Both the position numbers and the translations under genes were made by a program. Positions 35,696-46,809 of a DNA stretch of 64,000 bases are shown piece after piece. Below the pieces are notes generated by a model. That model did not search any database. It was not told the DNA's origin and saw nothing but the letters and a program-made list of their open reading frames with translations. Origin of the DNA: Azolla caroliniana (Eukaryota; Plantae; Polypodiophyta); contig JBHGNT010000072.1 in the NCBI GenBank assembly GCA_043228905.1, positions 56,613 through 120,612 of the forward strand, read 5' to 3'. The stretch's first letter is position 1. Every line of letters starts with the position of its first letter.

Positions 35696-38600
35696 GTGAA
35701 CTGCCCCCATCGGCCGAAAAGGCAAGTAAATCAAATAACCGCTAGTACTAATAGTACTAAACCTGAGTTTATTCCTCTAGGTGTGTCTGATAGTCCTAAT
35801 AGCCCAAGCTTTTCAAACCGATTTAGAAGAAGAGTTAAACGATTAAGTCTAGCCACAATAGGAGCCGTTTGGTTGGACATCCCTAGATTTGTGCAACCCA
35901 TTACTGGTTCCATTTCCTCTAAGCAAGTTAGCAATGTGTTCTTAACTCAAGTAATGGTTAGTACTGAAAGTACTCCTCCAGTACATGTCTTAGCACTCTT
36001 AGATTCTGGAGCCAACTCTTGCTTCATGGATAAGAATTTTGCCCAAGCTCATCAGATATCCCTAAAGAAACTCCCATGTCCAGCCTCTATAGTAGTCATT
36101 GATGGTCATCCCTTTGCTTCCAAGAATATTATAGAAGAGTCAGAACCCGTTAAAATTGTCCTAGATAACTTAGTGTGTGTAGTATCATTTAATATAATTA
36201 GTATCCCAGAACATCCCATTGTTTTGGGATTACCATGGTTCTAATTACATAACCCAACCATAGATTGGAGAACAAGAGAAATACGGTGTCGACAAACCCA
36301 AGGATCTACTCATGAGATTGCAACCATTTCACTACATCAGTTGCGTGAGGAAGGATGCAAGGAAGAAATGTTTCTCTTCGCAATATCAGTAAACCCCTCC
36401 AGTATCAATAAAGAGGAGTCCACCATTCAACTTCCAGAGAAGTATCGTCATTATGCCAATGTGTTCGATAAAGTACGAGCTAATATGCTTCCTCACCATC
36501 GACCGTATGATTGCCCCATCAATTTACAACCAGGAAAAGAGCCACCATGGGGACCGATCTACAATTTCTCACCAACCGAGCTAGAAGTCCTTCGAGCCTA
36601 TATAGAGGACAATTTGGCAAATGGTTTCATTCGATATTCGAAATCTCCAGCCGGTGCACCCATTTTCTTCGTCAAGAAAAAGGATGGATCACTTCGTCTC
36701 GTCATAGATTACCGTGGGTTGAATAAAGTCACCATCATGAATAGGTATGCACTTCCTCTTATCTCAAGTCTTTTAGAATGGATCAATGGTGCAAGGTTCT
36801 TCACAAAGATCGACTTATGAGGAGCATATAACCTCGTACGGATCCGACTAGGAGATGAATGGAAGACTGCGTTTCGCACTAGATATGGGCACTTCGAGTA
36901 TACGGTTATGCCATTCGGCCTCACTAATGCACCAACAGTCTTCCAGCACATGGCAAATGATATATTCTGAAATCTCTTGGATGATTTTTTGATCATCTAT
37001 TTGGATGATCTACTGGTTTATTCAAAGACCCAAGAAGAGCATGATTCTCATGTACTGTTAGTACTAAAACAACTTCGAGAACATGGTCTTTATGCAAAAC
37101 TGGAAAAATGTAGTTTCGGGTGCAACTAGGTAGAATTTTTGGGCTATGTCATTTCCTCGGAAGGCATCTCCACGGATCTAGCTAAGGTCAAAACGGTGGT
37201 AGAGTGGCAGACTCCGCATTCGTTGCGAGATGTGCAATGCTTTTTAGGCTTTGCCAATTTTTATCGCAAGTTCATACAAGATTACTCAAAGCTTGTTCTG
37301 CCTCTCACATAACTTACTAGGAAGGGAAAATTGTTCATTTGGTCTGAAGAAGTGGACATTGCTTTTGAGAGTCTTAAGAAGGCATTTATATCAGCTCCTA
37401 TTTTAGCTCATGTTGATCCAGAAAAACCATTCATCATTGAAGCAGACGCATTGGATTTCGCCTTGGGTAGCATTCTGTCTCAACAACGCGATGATGAAAA
37501 GCTACATCCTGTGGCTTTCCATTCACACAAGTTTGACGCCGTGGAAATCAACTATGAAATTCATGATAAGGAGCTATTAGCAATAGTGGACTCTTTTACG
37601 CAATGGAGGCATTTTCTAGAGGGGTCTTCTCATCAAGTCATCGTATTCAGTGATCACAAAAACCTTGCCTACTTTCAGAATGCTCATGTGTTAAAACGTT
37701 AAATCATTGCGTCCCGGCGAACCAACTTTCGATAACCAAAAGCAAGTAATCTTGGGATCGGCACGATTGCAAGCAACACAGGTCTTCGGTATGCCCTTGG
37801 ATTCCCATGTTATCGATACCATACGTGAGGACTTGAAGACAGATGTTTTCGCTCAAGCCATTCTAGCACAAATTGATCCCTCTCGAGCACCTTGTTCATA
37901 GTTGCAACAACCAGGTACGAACTATTGACAATTCGAATGTCATGATGGATTACTATTCTTTAAGAAACTCTTGTATGTTCCTAATGGTACTTGTCACCTT
38001 CAAGTAGTCCAAAACTGTCATGACACATATACAACTGGGCATTTTGGTAGTACTAAAACACTAGATTTAGTACAACGATCCTTCTGGTGGCCCCATATGC
38101 GACAATTTGTTGAAGATTTTGTTTGGACTTGTGATACATGTTGCAAAGCAAAAATGCCAAGGCATCATCCATATGGTTTATTAGAACCATTATCAATTCC
38201 AAGCAAGCCATGTCAATCCATTGCCCTAGATTTTATCACAGATCTTCCGGTCTCTAAGGGATTTGATGCGATCTTAACAGTAGTAGATCGATATACGAAG
38301 ATGGCCCATTTCTTGCCATGTACTAAGGAAATCTCCAATGAAGAAATCGCCGAAATTGTCATCATGGCCTTCCCGATAGTATCATCAGCGACCGTGGATC
38401 CTAGTTCGTCTCAAAGTTCTGGAAGCACCTCTTTAAAATGCTTAAGGTCACTTGTAACCTCTCCTCCAGCTACCACCCGCAAACAAACGGCCAAGTAGAC
38501 GAACAAATCAATGCTGGAGCAGTATCTTCGGTGCTTTTTAAGCTATCATCAAGATGACTGGGCGGATATTCTCCACTTCGCCGAATTTGCGTATAATAAC

Positions 38601-39930
38601 CTTGTCTACTCATCGACAAAGGTGAAACCAATTGATGCTTACACGGGACGGGCTGTCACCCCCGGTGGTGTGTATTTGAAACCCTAGAGTTACCCACAAA
38701 TCCTTGTGCATAGGATCGTTTGGAGCGGCTACGTAAGATACAAGCGGATTTATCTACTCATCTATAGCAAGCTCAACAAAAACAGAAGGTTTACGTGGAT
38801 CGTCATCGGCTTCCATCCAGTTTTGACATTGGAGATTGGGTGTGGCTATCAAAGTTGTTAGGTACATTAGGTACGGTACGGATACCATACGTATTTAATG
38901 TATTAATACCCGTATAGTACCTCCCAATTTAAAAATACGTTAAATATGTTTTTTTAATATGTTAAATACTTATAAAATACGTAATATGTTTAATATGTTT
39001 TGACATTCCCTTATTCTATAAATCAGTGTAAGTGTGTATCACGATGTTCAACTTCAAATTGTAATTATTTACAATTATGCCTTCATAGATTGAGGAATCG
39101 TCTACGATTATCACACTCATGATAGGTTTCTCTTTTCTTCGTTTTCTTCTTCTTCTTCTTCTATCTTCTGCGATTATCACACTCAAGACAGGTTTATGTC
39201 TTCTTTTCTCTCTTCATCTTCTTCATCGTCATCTCTTCTATTCTTCTTTCTTCCTTCCTTTGGCTTCTTTTTCACTAAAATCTTTTTTTTCTTTTGCTTT
39301 TTGTTAGGGTTTTACTTACATTTTCTTTATAAATACGTATTATACCTGTTTTTTTATAAATACGTTAAATACCGTATTGGACAAATGTACATGATATTTG
39401 ATTGAACAACATTGAAGTATAGTACGTACTATACAAATGATGAGGTACTATACGTATTTAAACGTTAAATACGGGTATGTAAACAACCATGGTGGCTATT
39501 ATGACGACACATCAAGACTACTCGCCCATGCGAGAAGTTGGATTATCGGCGATTAGGTCCTTTCCGTATTATCGGAAAAATTAATGATGTCGTTTTTCGT
39601 CTTGATCTACCTCCACAACTTTGGATACATCCAGTGTTTCATAGTTCTCTCCTCGAACCCTATCAAGACAACACCATCCTAGGTCGTGTTAAACAACCTC
39701 CACCCTCGATCGAGCTTGAAGGTGGACTTGAGTACGAGGTTGCCGCTATCCTCGATTCCAAGATTGTTTGCAACAAGCTCTACTATTTAGTCGATTGGCT
39801 AAGATATAGTCCCAACGAGAATGTGACCAATGCTTATCTCTTCTTGAAGACTTCCATCATCAATATCCAGACAAACCGGGTCCTCAATCAAAAACGATTT
39901 GTGAAACTCGTCATTTTAAAGGGGGGATAG
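35696..39930 (+). pseudogene. Element B pol with C-terminal chromodomain, disrupted
   Basis: LDSGANS, YLDD, EAD...[12 protein letters not shown] integrase, GPF motif, and YEVAAILDSK...YYLVDW chromodomain. Confidence 0.92.
38850..39491. mobile_element. Non-autonomous hAT-type MITE in the integrase of B
   Basis: 8-bp TSD GTGGCTAT (38842-49, 39492-99); imperfect TIR caaagttgtt / aacaaccatg; TACG-rich subtermini. Confidence 0.88.
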
Positions 39931-40225
39931 TGTCATGATATGGCAAGACTCGAACCCATGACCTTATGTTACATGGGTCAAGTTCTTGACCATTAAACTA
40001 TATGTTGTAATACAAAGAATATTATTTTCATTTAGGTTTTACTATAGAAAATTGATGTATATTCCAGATTTCTTTGGAACATTTTAGAAACTTCAGGAGT
40101 ACTCTTGAGAACACTATAAAAGGAGGCACAAGGCATTATTTCAAACCAAATCGGTTCAACGCTAGTCTTAAGCCTCCTAGCTACTATTGTATATTCCCTT
40201 AACATAATGTATATCTTTTGTTATC

Positions 40226-40266
<41 letters not shown>

Positions 40267-40382
40267 TCTCTCGATACTTCTACACCTCCCTTAGTACTAA
40301 GCCTCATCTTTTAGTACTAATTCCTTCTCTGTTTTATTACTATTCCTGACAGTACTTCTCTGTCTTAGTACTGCTCCTGACA
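39931..40382 (+). repeat. Element B 3' LTR
   Basis: Follows the PPT, ends ctcctgaca, then TSD GAGGC. Confidence 0.95.
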
Positions 40383-41017
40383 GAGGCTGGACGATCACCA
40401 TGACATAATTGTCTGATTTTGTTGATTGTTGTCCTTATGCTATTAGTATCTCCAAAACAGGCTTTAAACTTGCTTATAAACTCCTCAAAATTATTTAGTA
40501 ATGGAGATCTTTTTTCTAACAATGGAGCGAACCATGCCAAAGTTGAGCTGCTTAGAAACGTGCCTACAAGACCCACTCGTGATGCATCGGTTGGATATCG
40601 GGAAGGATGCATTTGTATGACTAATCGTACCTGATTAAGGAATCCTCTAAACTGTGATCGCATTCCATCGAATTTCAGAGGAAGGCCGATCTTGGGCTCT
40701 TTATGAATCCCTTGAGTACTTGGTCCTTGTTATTGCAACGCTACAATGGTTGCTTCAAGTTGTTGCACACGTAACACTAGCTCCCCATGTTGTTGTTGCG
40801 TTTGCTTCTTTTCCAAAGAGATTTGTTGAAGATCCCCCAACAACCGTTGATTTTCTTGTTCCAATGCGAGAAACTTTTCTTTCAAGCATTGCAACTCCTA
40901 GAAAAAGGATTGATATTCTTGAGCGCTAACAGTTGCCATAGTATTGGAGAAAGAAGGGAAAAGAGGATTAGTATGAAGGAATGCAGGAGTACGAAGATAG
41001 AAAAATTCGGTTCAAAC

Positions 41018-41108
41018 TGTAAGGAATAGTACAAAGACAAAGAGGGAATTAGTACTAGAGATGAGGATTAGTACTAAGAGGGAAGGAGGGTGTAGAACTC
41101 TCGAGAGA

Positions 41109-41164
<56 letters not shown>

Positions 41165-41477
41165 TGATAACAAAAGATATATACTATGTTAAGGGAATAT
41201 ACAATAGTAGTTAAGAGGCTTAAGACTGGCGTTGAACCGATTTGGTTCGAAATAATGCCATGTGCCTCTTTTTATAGTGTGCTTAGGAGTATTCTTGACA
41301 TTTCTAGAATGTTCCAGAGAAATCTAGAATATACATAGATTTCCTAAGTGAAATAATAAATGAAAACAATATTTTTATTGTATTACAATGCATAGCTTAA
41401 TGGTAGGGCTTTAACCCATGTGACCCAAGGTCATGGGTTCAAATTCTTTTGAAGCCATGCCATGCTATATCATGACA
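41018..41477 (-). repeat. Element A 5' LTR
   Basis: Reverse complement tgtcatgatat...ccttaca, followed by gtttgaaccga as in B. Confidence 0.9.
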
Positions 41478-42660
41478 TCCACCCTATAGAGAAGAACCAG
41501 TGTCGAAAAGATATTTGTTGAGGACCCAACACTTAATATCTCCAAGATTGCATGTGTTCTCAAAGGCATACTATGCTCACTTACCCGCCTCTAAGAGACG
41601 TGTAGCACATTCATTCCATCTATGATTTGAAGGAACTTCAAGGTCAAGATATTTAAAGCTTTCCACACATTCAAGTGGCTCATTGTTGTACATAATGCAT
41701 GGTTTATCTCTTTTTTGGCTCTTCACAAGCATAATTTTTGTTTAGAGCTATTGACACTTAATTTAGTATGCATGCAAATTTAGTATCTCCTAAAGTATTT
41801 GCAAAAAGCATTATATCATCTGCATATAGAAAAAGTATAATCACAACATTCCCAATGGCAACTTCTTCAACACTTCCTTCCTTTACAAAATTGGTAACAA
41901 TTTCTTCCAATTCATCAATGCATTGACCAAATAGTGTTGGTGACAATGGGCATCCTTGCTTAACACCAATAATGCTATTGAAAAAATCTGAAAGTCTATC
42001 TCTCATACGCATACAACATATAACCTTCTCATATATTCGGGAAATTGCAAGCATATATTCACTTGGCATCTCAAGTTCTTCCATTCGCCTCCAAAGATGC
42101 TCACGAGGTACCATATCAAAAGCTTTCTTGAAGTCTACAAAGCAACAATATAAACCTTTACCTCTAAGGTGACTTTCCTCCATTAATACTCGAAGGGGGA
42201 CAAGGTGATCAATGGTACTATGGTGTTTTCGAAATCTAGCTTGTCCATAAGCTCTCTTACCATTTTTTTTAGCCCATACACTATCTTTGATTCCATTATA
42301 CATCCAAATAGTTTTGCCATTAATGAGCCAACCATGATGGTTCGATAGTTGTTTACATTATTTACATCTCCACCTTTATGTAACGATTTCATCCAATTTG
42401 TAGTCTAATCATACGACATACCATGTTGCAATGCATCATTAAACATATCGTTTATCCATACATGTGCTTCCTTTCCCGTCCATTTGAGCATTTCAGCCTT
42501 TATACATTGAAGATCGTTGGCCTTTCGAGAGGCCAATTTCTCAAATCCTATGCATATATCTTCAATTGTAAAGAAAGGAGACATATGTGAAAAAGAACCA
42601 TAACACATCATCTTTCTGGCAAGAGATAACTCTCAACACGTGTCCCCTTTAGATTTCCCC

Positions 42661-42665
<5 letters not shown>
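41478..42665 (-). mobile_element. RTE/RTEX-like LINE RT fragment
   Basis: [32 protein letters not shown]. Confidence 0.9.

Positions 42666-42666
<1 letters not shown>

Positions 42667-42719
<53 letters not shown>
42667..42719. repeat. (GA)n microsatellite at the LINE 5' junction
   Basis: Direct read. Confidence 0.95.
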
Positions 42720-42721
<2 letters not shown>

Positions 42722-42779
42722 AGAGTTACTTGTGTCTTCTCGGTTATTATGTTGGCTAGGAAAGGAGAGATTGAGCTCT

Positions 42780-43697
42780 CAATTTAATTGTTTCTTTCGT
42801 TTGGGGGTCAAAGAGGTGGGAGATATAGTTGAGGCTCCATCTCAAAGAGTTTTGGAGTTTGTTGAAGTGCGACAATTATTACACATCCCGCCTAATTATG
42901 GGTTTATCTAGAAACAACTACAAAATATTGTATTGATGCAAGGTCCCTTACCTCTACAAATAGGAGAACAACCGTTGATTGATTAGTGTTTACGAGGTGA
43001 AACGCCTTGTTACAAGTAACTACTAATCTTTTGTATCATTACTCTGTTGAGACTCTTCGAGGTCTATCATCTAAGTTTGAAGAAGAATGGAAAATACACA
43101 AATATGATCATGGGTGGTGGCAAATCTTACAATGGAGTTGACATTCTAAATTGTTACTTTTAGCAAAGGTCTTCATTTGGAGAGTTTTGATTGGAGGATT
43201 AGCTCTAAAGTGTCGTGGACTAGCAACGGGTAATTGCTTCTTTTGCACTGTTCAAATGGAAGATAGTACTCATCGATTTATACAATGTCCTATTGCTTGT
43301 CAGATTTGGAGTTACATTTCTCAAATCTGGCAAGTTTTATCACGGTGTTATTTGACACTTAGACAGTGGGTGTTTGCACAATTTACATAGGTTGACCCAA
43401 AATTAGAGATGGAGATCGTTTTTCTATTTCTGAGATATTGGGGATTCGTCATAATTGGAACATGCGCAACAATTTTGTATTCGATGGTAGACATGGAGTC
43501 AAAAGTTGAAGGGAGTACTAATGTTGCAATTTTCTTTATTGGGGCAAGTGGAAATTCTTTCCTGAGTGGAGTGTTCGTCTTGCTTATTGGCAATTCAACA
43601 TGTTCCACTACCCATGTAATGTTGTTAGTGGGTGACCATACTCCACTGTCACACCCATTGTAAGTAATGTTTTTCACACACATTTATTAATATTATT
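42780..43697 (+). mobile_element. L1-clade LINE 3' fragment
   Basis: zf-RVT-like KVFIWR...CFFC...EDSTHRFIQC...IW. Confidence 0.75.
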
Positions 43698-43734
43698 GAG
43701 AGAGAGAGAAAGAAAGAGAGAGAGAAGTGCCCAG

Positions 43735-44120
43735 ATGGATGTAGCTCAGTTGGTAAGGTTGCCCAATGGAGACCGATAGGTCACGGGTTCAACCCCTACA
43801 TTCCAAAGTGGCATCTAGTGAATTAAGAGATATGTATGAAGTATAGAGAGGTGAGAAAATTGGGTTTCGAACCCAAGACACAAGGCTTGTAGTGTAATAA
43901 CTTACCACTAGAGTAAGATAATTACGATAAAAAACAAAGAAGAGAAGAGCCTAGGTAAGGTTACCCAATGGAGACCAGGAGGTCATGGGTTCAACCCCTA
44001 CAATCCACTATGACATCTAGTTAAATAAGAGATATCTATGGAATAATAGAGAGTGAGAAAATTAGGTTTTGAACCCAAGTTGTGATGTTAATAGTGTAAC
44101 GACTTACCACTAGGGTAAGC
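43735..44120. mobile_element. tRNA-derived SINE-like module with two convergent heads, tandemly duplicated
   Basis: Plus strand: A-box tagctcagttgg 43742 and B-box ggttcaaccc 43786. Minus strand: tactctagtggtaag and ggttcgaaaccc (43915-43862). Second copy 43954-44120. Confidence 0.7.
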
Positions 44121-45792
44121 TAAATTATTTTTTATACTTTCACTATTTTACTTTTACATTTTAGTTATTTACATCTTTGGCCCTTTGGGGCCTCCTTTCG
44201 CATTAGCTTTATTTTCTAAGGTTTTCAAGAGGGTTTTTGTTCCAAAAAGGTTATTTGTGGGTTTCTAATGCTTTGTTATTGTTACAAGAATAAAAACATC
44301 AAGTGGAAATTCTACAATATATAGTGTCACCGGAGAGTGTTTCTATGAATCTATTGAAGATTCTAACAATTTTAGATTTGCACATAGTGTCAATTGGGAT
44401 TTCCACATTTGTATTATTAAGTTCATCAAGAATTGTTTGAAGATAATGTTGCCTCGAATGCAACTTACATAGAAGAATTGATCATTTACTTCTTTAGATT
44501 AGCAAATTTCAATTGCGTCCTCATTAAGTGCAACTTGTAGGCTCAAAAGCTGAAAACAAATATTTAAATTTGCTTCTATTTTCGTGGGGATTGACCAAGC
44601 CAAGCCCTTCACGTTGGACGTTGATGCATCTAATATTGCACTTGGCAATGTCTTGTTGTACGCAAGAGTTGATTCACAACTACATGTAGTTGCATTTGAT
44701 TTGGGAATGTTGAAAGACACAAAAGTGAATTACAAGACTTATGTAAAAGAGCATCTGTCCATTCAAGACTCTTTTGAATGGTTCTCCGTATCATATTTCC
44801 AACATGCTCAAGTGTTGAGTCGAAGAAAAGTCTTTTGTTGTAGATTAACGCATGTTGACCTTTTGATCATGTATTTCCCAAGGATGCAATAAGGAAAAGG
44901 CATTGCATCTTGGTTCACTTATATCTTATGTCGTTTGAGCATTTTTCATCGAAGGAAGTTCTCTTCTGAGTCTACTTATGACTATCAAAAGCAATTCCTC
45001 TTGGGTTCTGATTGTCTTTGATTGATGATAGGTGATGTCTTTGGAGCATCCACAAATTTAAGTGTTTTCTTCCATGCACCAAGACTATCAATAGCTAGTA
45101 AGAAAACAAAACTAATTATGTAGAGAAGTATTCAAAAAGCATGTTTTCTTGAATGATATTATCAATGGTTGTGGGATGTAATTCATTTTGAAACTTTGGA
45201 AGGAGTTGCTCAAGCAGATTAAAATCAATTGTAATCTATCTTTGAGTTATCATTCTTAGAGTGACAACTAGACCAAATGTACAATTTAACAATGCATTCA
45301 TTACATCATCAACTATGAAGAAGATGGTTGAGTTGCCTTTTGCATTTGTGGAACTCGCAAATGATAATATAGGGCATTTTCTTCTTGATAGTCCCTTCTT
45401 TTCGAACACAAGTTGTCATCCTCAATGGGCTATGCTAGAACATTGAGGAATCTTTGAGAATCTTCTCTTTGAAGATTGTATACTACATCTCCAAGAGAAT
45501 ATTCAAGTCAAATTCTCTTAACATTTCGACAATGGTTAGGCTACAGATCATCATCACCTCAACTTTTCATTACAAGAACCTAAGTTTCACATTAAGGATC
45601 ATGTGTCATCAAGGTGATATAATGTAAATATTACCAAACTAGTCGAAAGTTAAATCATCAACATGTTCAAACAAACATGACATCTACATAGATCAATGAC
45701 ATGATGTTTCATTTAAATATCCCCCTAGTGCTCCACATCTCACTTTTGGAACATTGTGCGTCTCGTTCTATTCCATATCGGGTGATTCTACC

Positions 45793-46604
45793 CATACTTG
45801 TAAAATATTTAGCATACATTATGTATGCAAAGTATTTTAAAAGTATTCTACTTTAAAGGAAAAACTTGAAGTACATATTCTAAAGATAAAATACGGTAAA
45901 TATGTAGAGTTTGTCTTATATTTGTATTGCATATAACAATTGTTTTTGGCTAAATTATTAATACATCTTACTATTTTTATTTTTAAGATATTTATATAAC
46001 AATTGACAACGGTTTGGTACGGTTTCAGAGGGTCAAAACTGAACCGTTTAAATTTTTTGAAACCTGAACCGAACCGGACCGAACCATGAAATCGTTGAAC
46101 TGAACCATTAAAAAACTTTCAAACCGTTAAGCCATTAAACCAGTAAAACCGCGTTTTGTGGTTTGGTTTCGGTTTTCATCTTAAGTCAAAATTCAAATTT
46201 TAAATTTTAAAATTAAAAAAATTTCACTATTTAAATGTTAATAATTTACAAAATTTTCCAAAATGTGAGAATAAGGCATGAAACTAGAAAGATTATTTAA
46301 AAATAGTTTTTTAAATTTTATTTTATTTTTTAAAATTTTAAAATAAAAACCATTAAACCCCGGTTTCTAACTATTGAAATCGAACTGAATCGTTAAAAAA
46401 AACCTGAACCTAAACTGAACCATTTAAACCGTTTAGGCGCAGTTTCGCAGTTTGGAACCGTTGTCGATTGTTAGATACATAGAATACATAAATTTTGTTA
46501 AATTCATAGAAATGTTTAAAATGGCAGGTTTTTAAATATACATCTACATGTTAAATAATGGAGAGTATTCTAGACATAAAATATATGCTTTTTTAACAAC
46601 TATT
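45793..46604. mobile_element. hAT-like MITE, with a second TIR element nested inside
   Basis: TIR catacttgtaaaa / ttttaacaactat; degenerate 8-bp TSD attctacc / gttctact. Confidence 0.6.
45997..46473. mobile_element. TIR element with AACCG-rich subtermini
   Basis: 18-bp TIR taacaat(t/c)gacaacggtt and many gaaccg motifs. TSD unclear. Confidence 0.75.
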
Positions 46605-46809
46605 GTTCTACTTCCACCTCATATTCTAGTTGTTAATGAACAAATGTTCCAAGTTGAAGTTGGTTTGGACTCATGATCTTATGAAAAAATTTGTGCTTTC
46701 TTGTTTATTGATTTGGCTATATGTTATAGTAATTTGGCTATATTAGGAACTTGTGGAGAATCTTGCTAATGCATAAAAAGTAATAGTTTGTTTTTTCCAA
46801 AAAAAATTA

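Larger units (their letters stand above)
28581..40382 (+). mobile_element. Full-length Ty3/Gypsy chromovirus element B (Tcn1/Tf1-like), decayed
   Basis: TG...CA LTRs 28581-29039 and 39931-40382; TSD GAGGC (28576-80, 40383-87); PPT aaaggggggatag; gag-PR-RT-RH-IN-chromodomain order. Confidence 0.95.
25680..41477 (-). mobile_element. Ty3/Gypsy chromovirus-family element A (3'-truncated, split by element B)
   Basis: 5' LTR 41477-41018; gag 40940-40388 resuming at 28580; zinc knuckle, protease LDSGANS, RT (MPFG, YLDD), RNase H and the GPF integrase tail down to 25680. Integrase core and 3' LTR are deleted. Confidence 0.88.
44300..46800 (+). mobile_element. Highly decayed Ty3/Gypsy pol remnant
   Basis: KPFTLDVDASNIALGNVL (RNase H), integrase-like LPFAFVELAND, and chromodomain-like residue after 46610. 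Confidence 0.6.

Noticed and set aside
43735-43805. Functional tRNA gene
   Set aside because: The D, anticodon and T stems pair poorly and the unit is duplicated within a repeat; treated as tRNA-derived.
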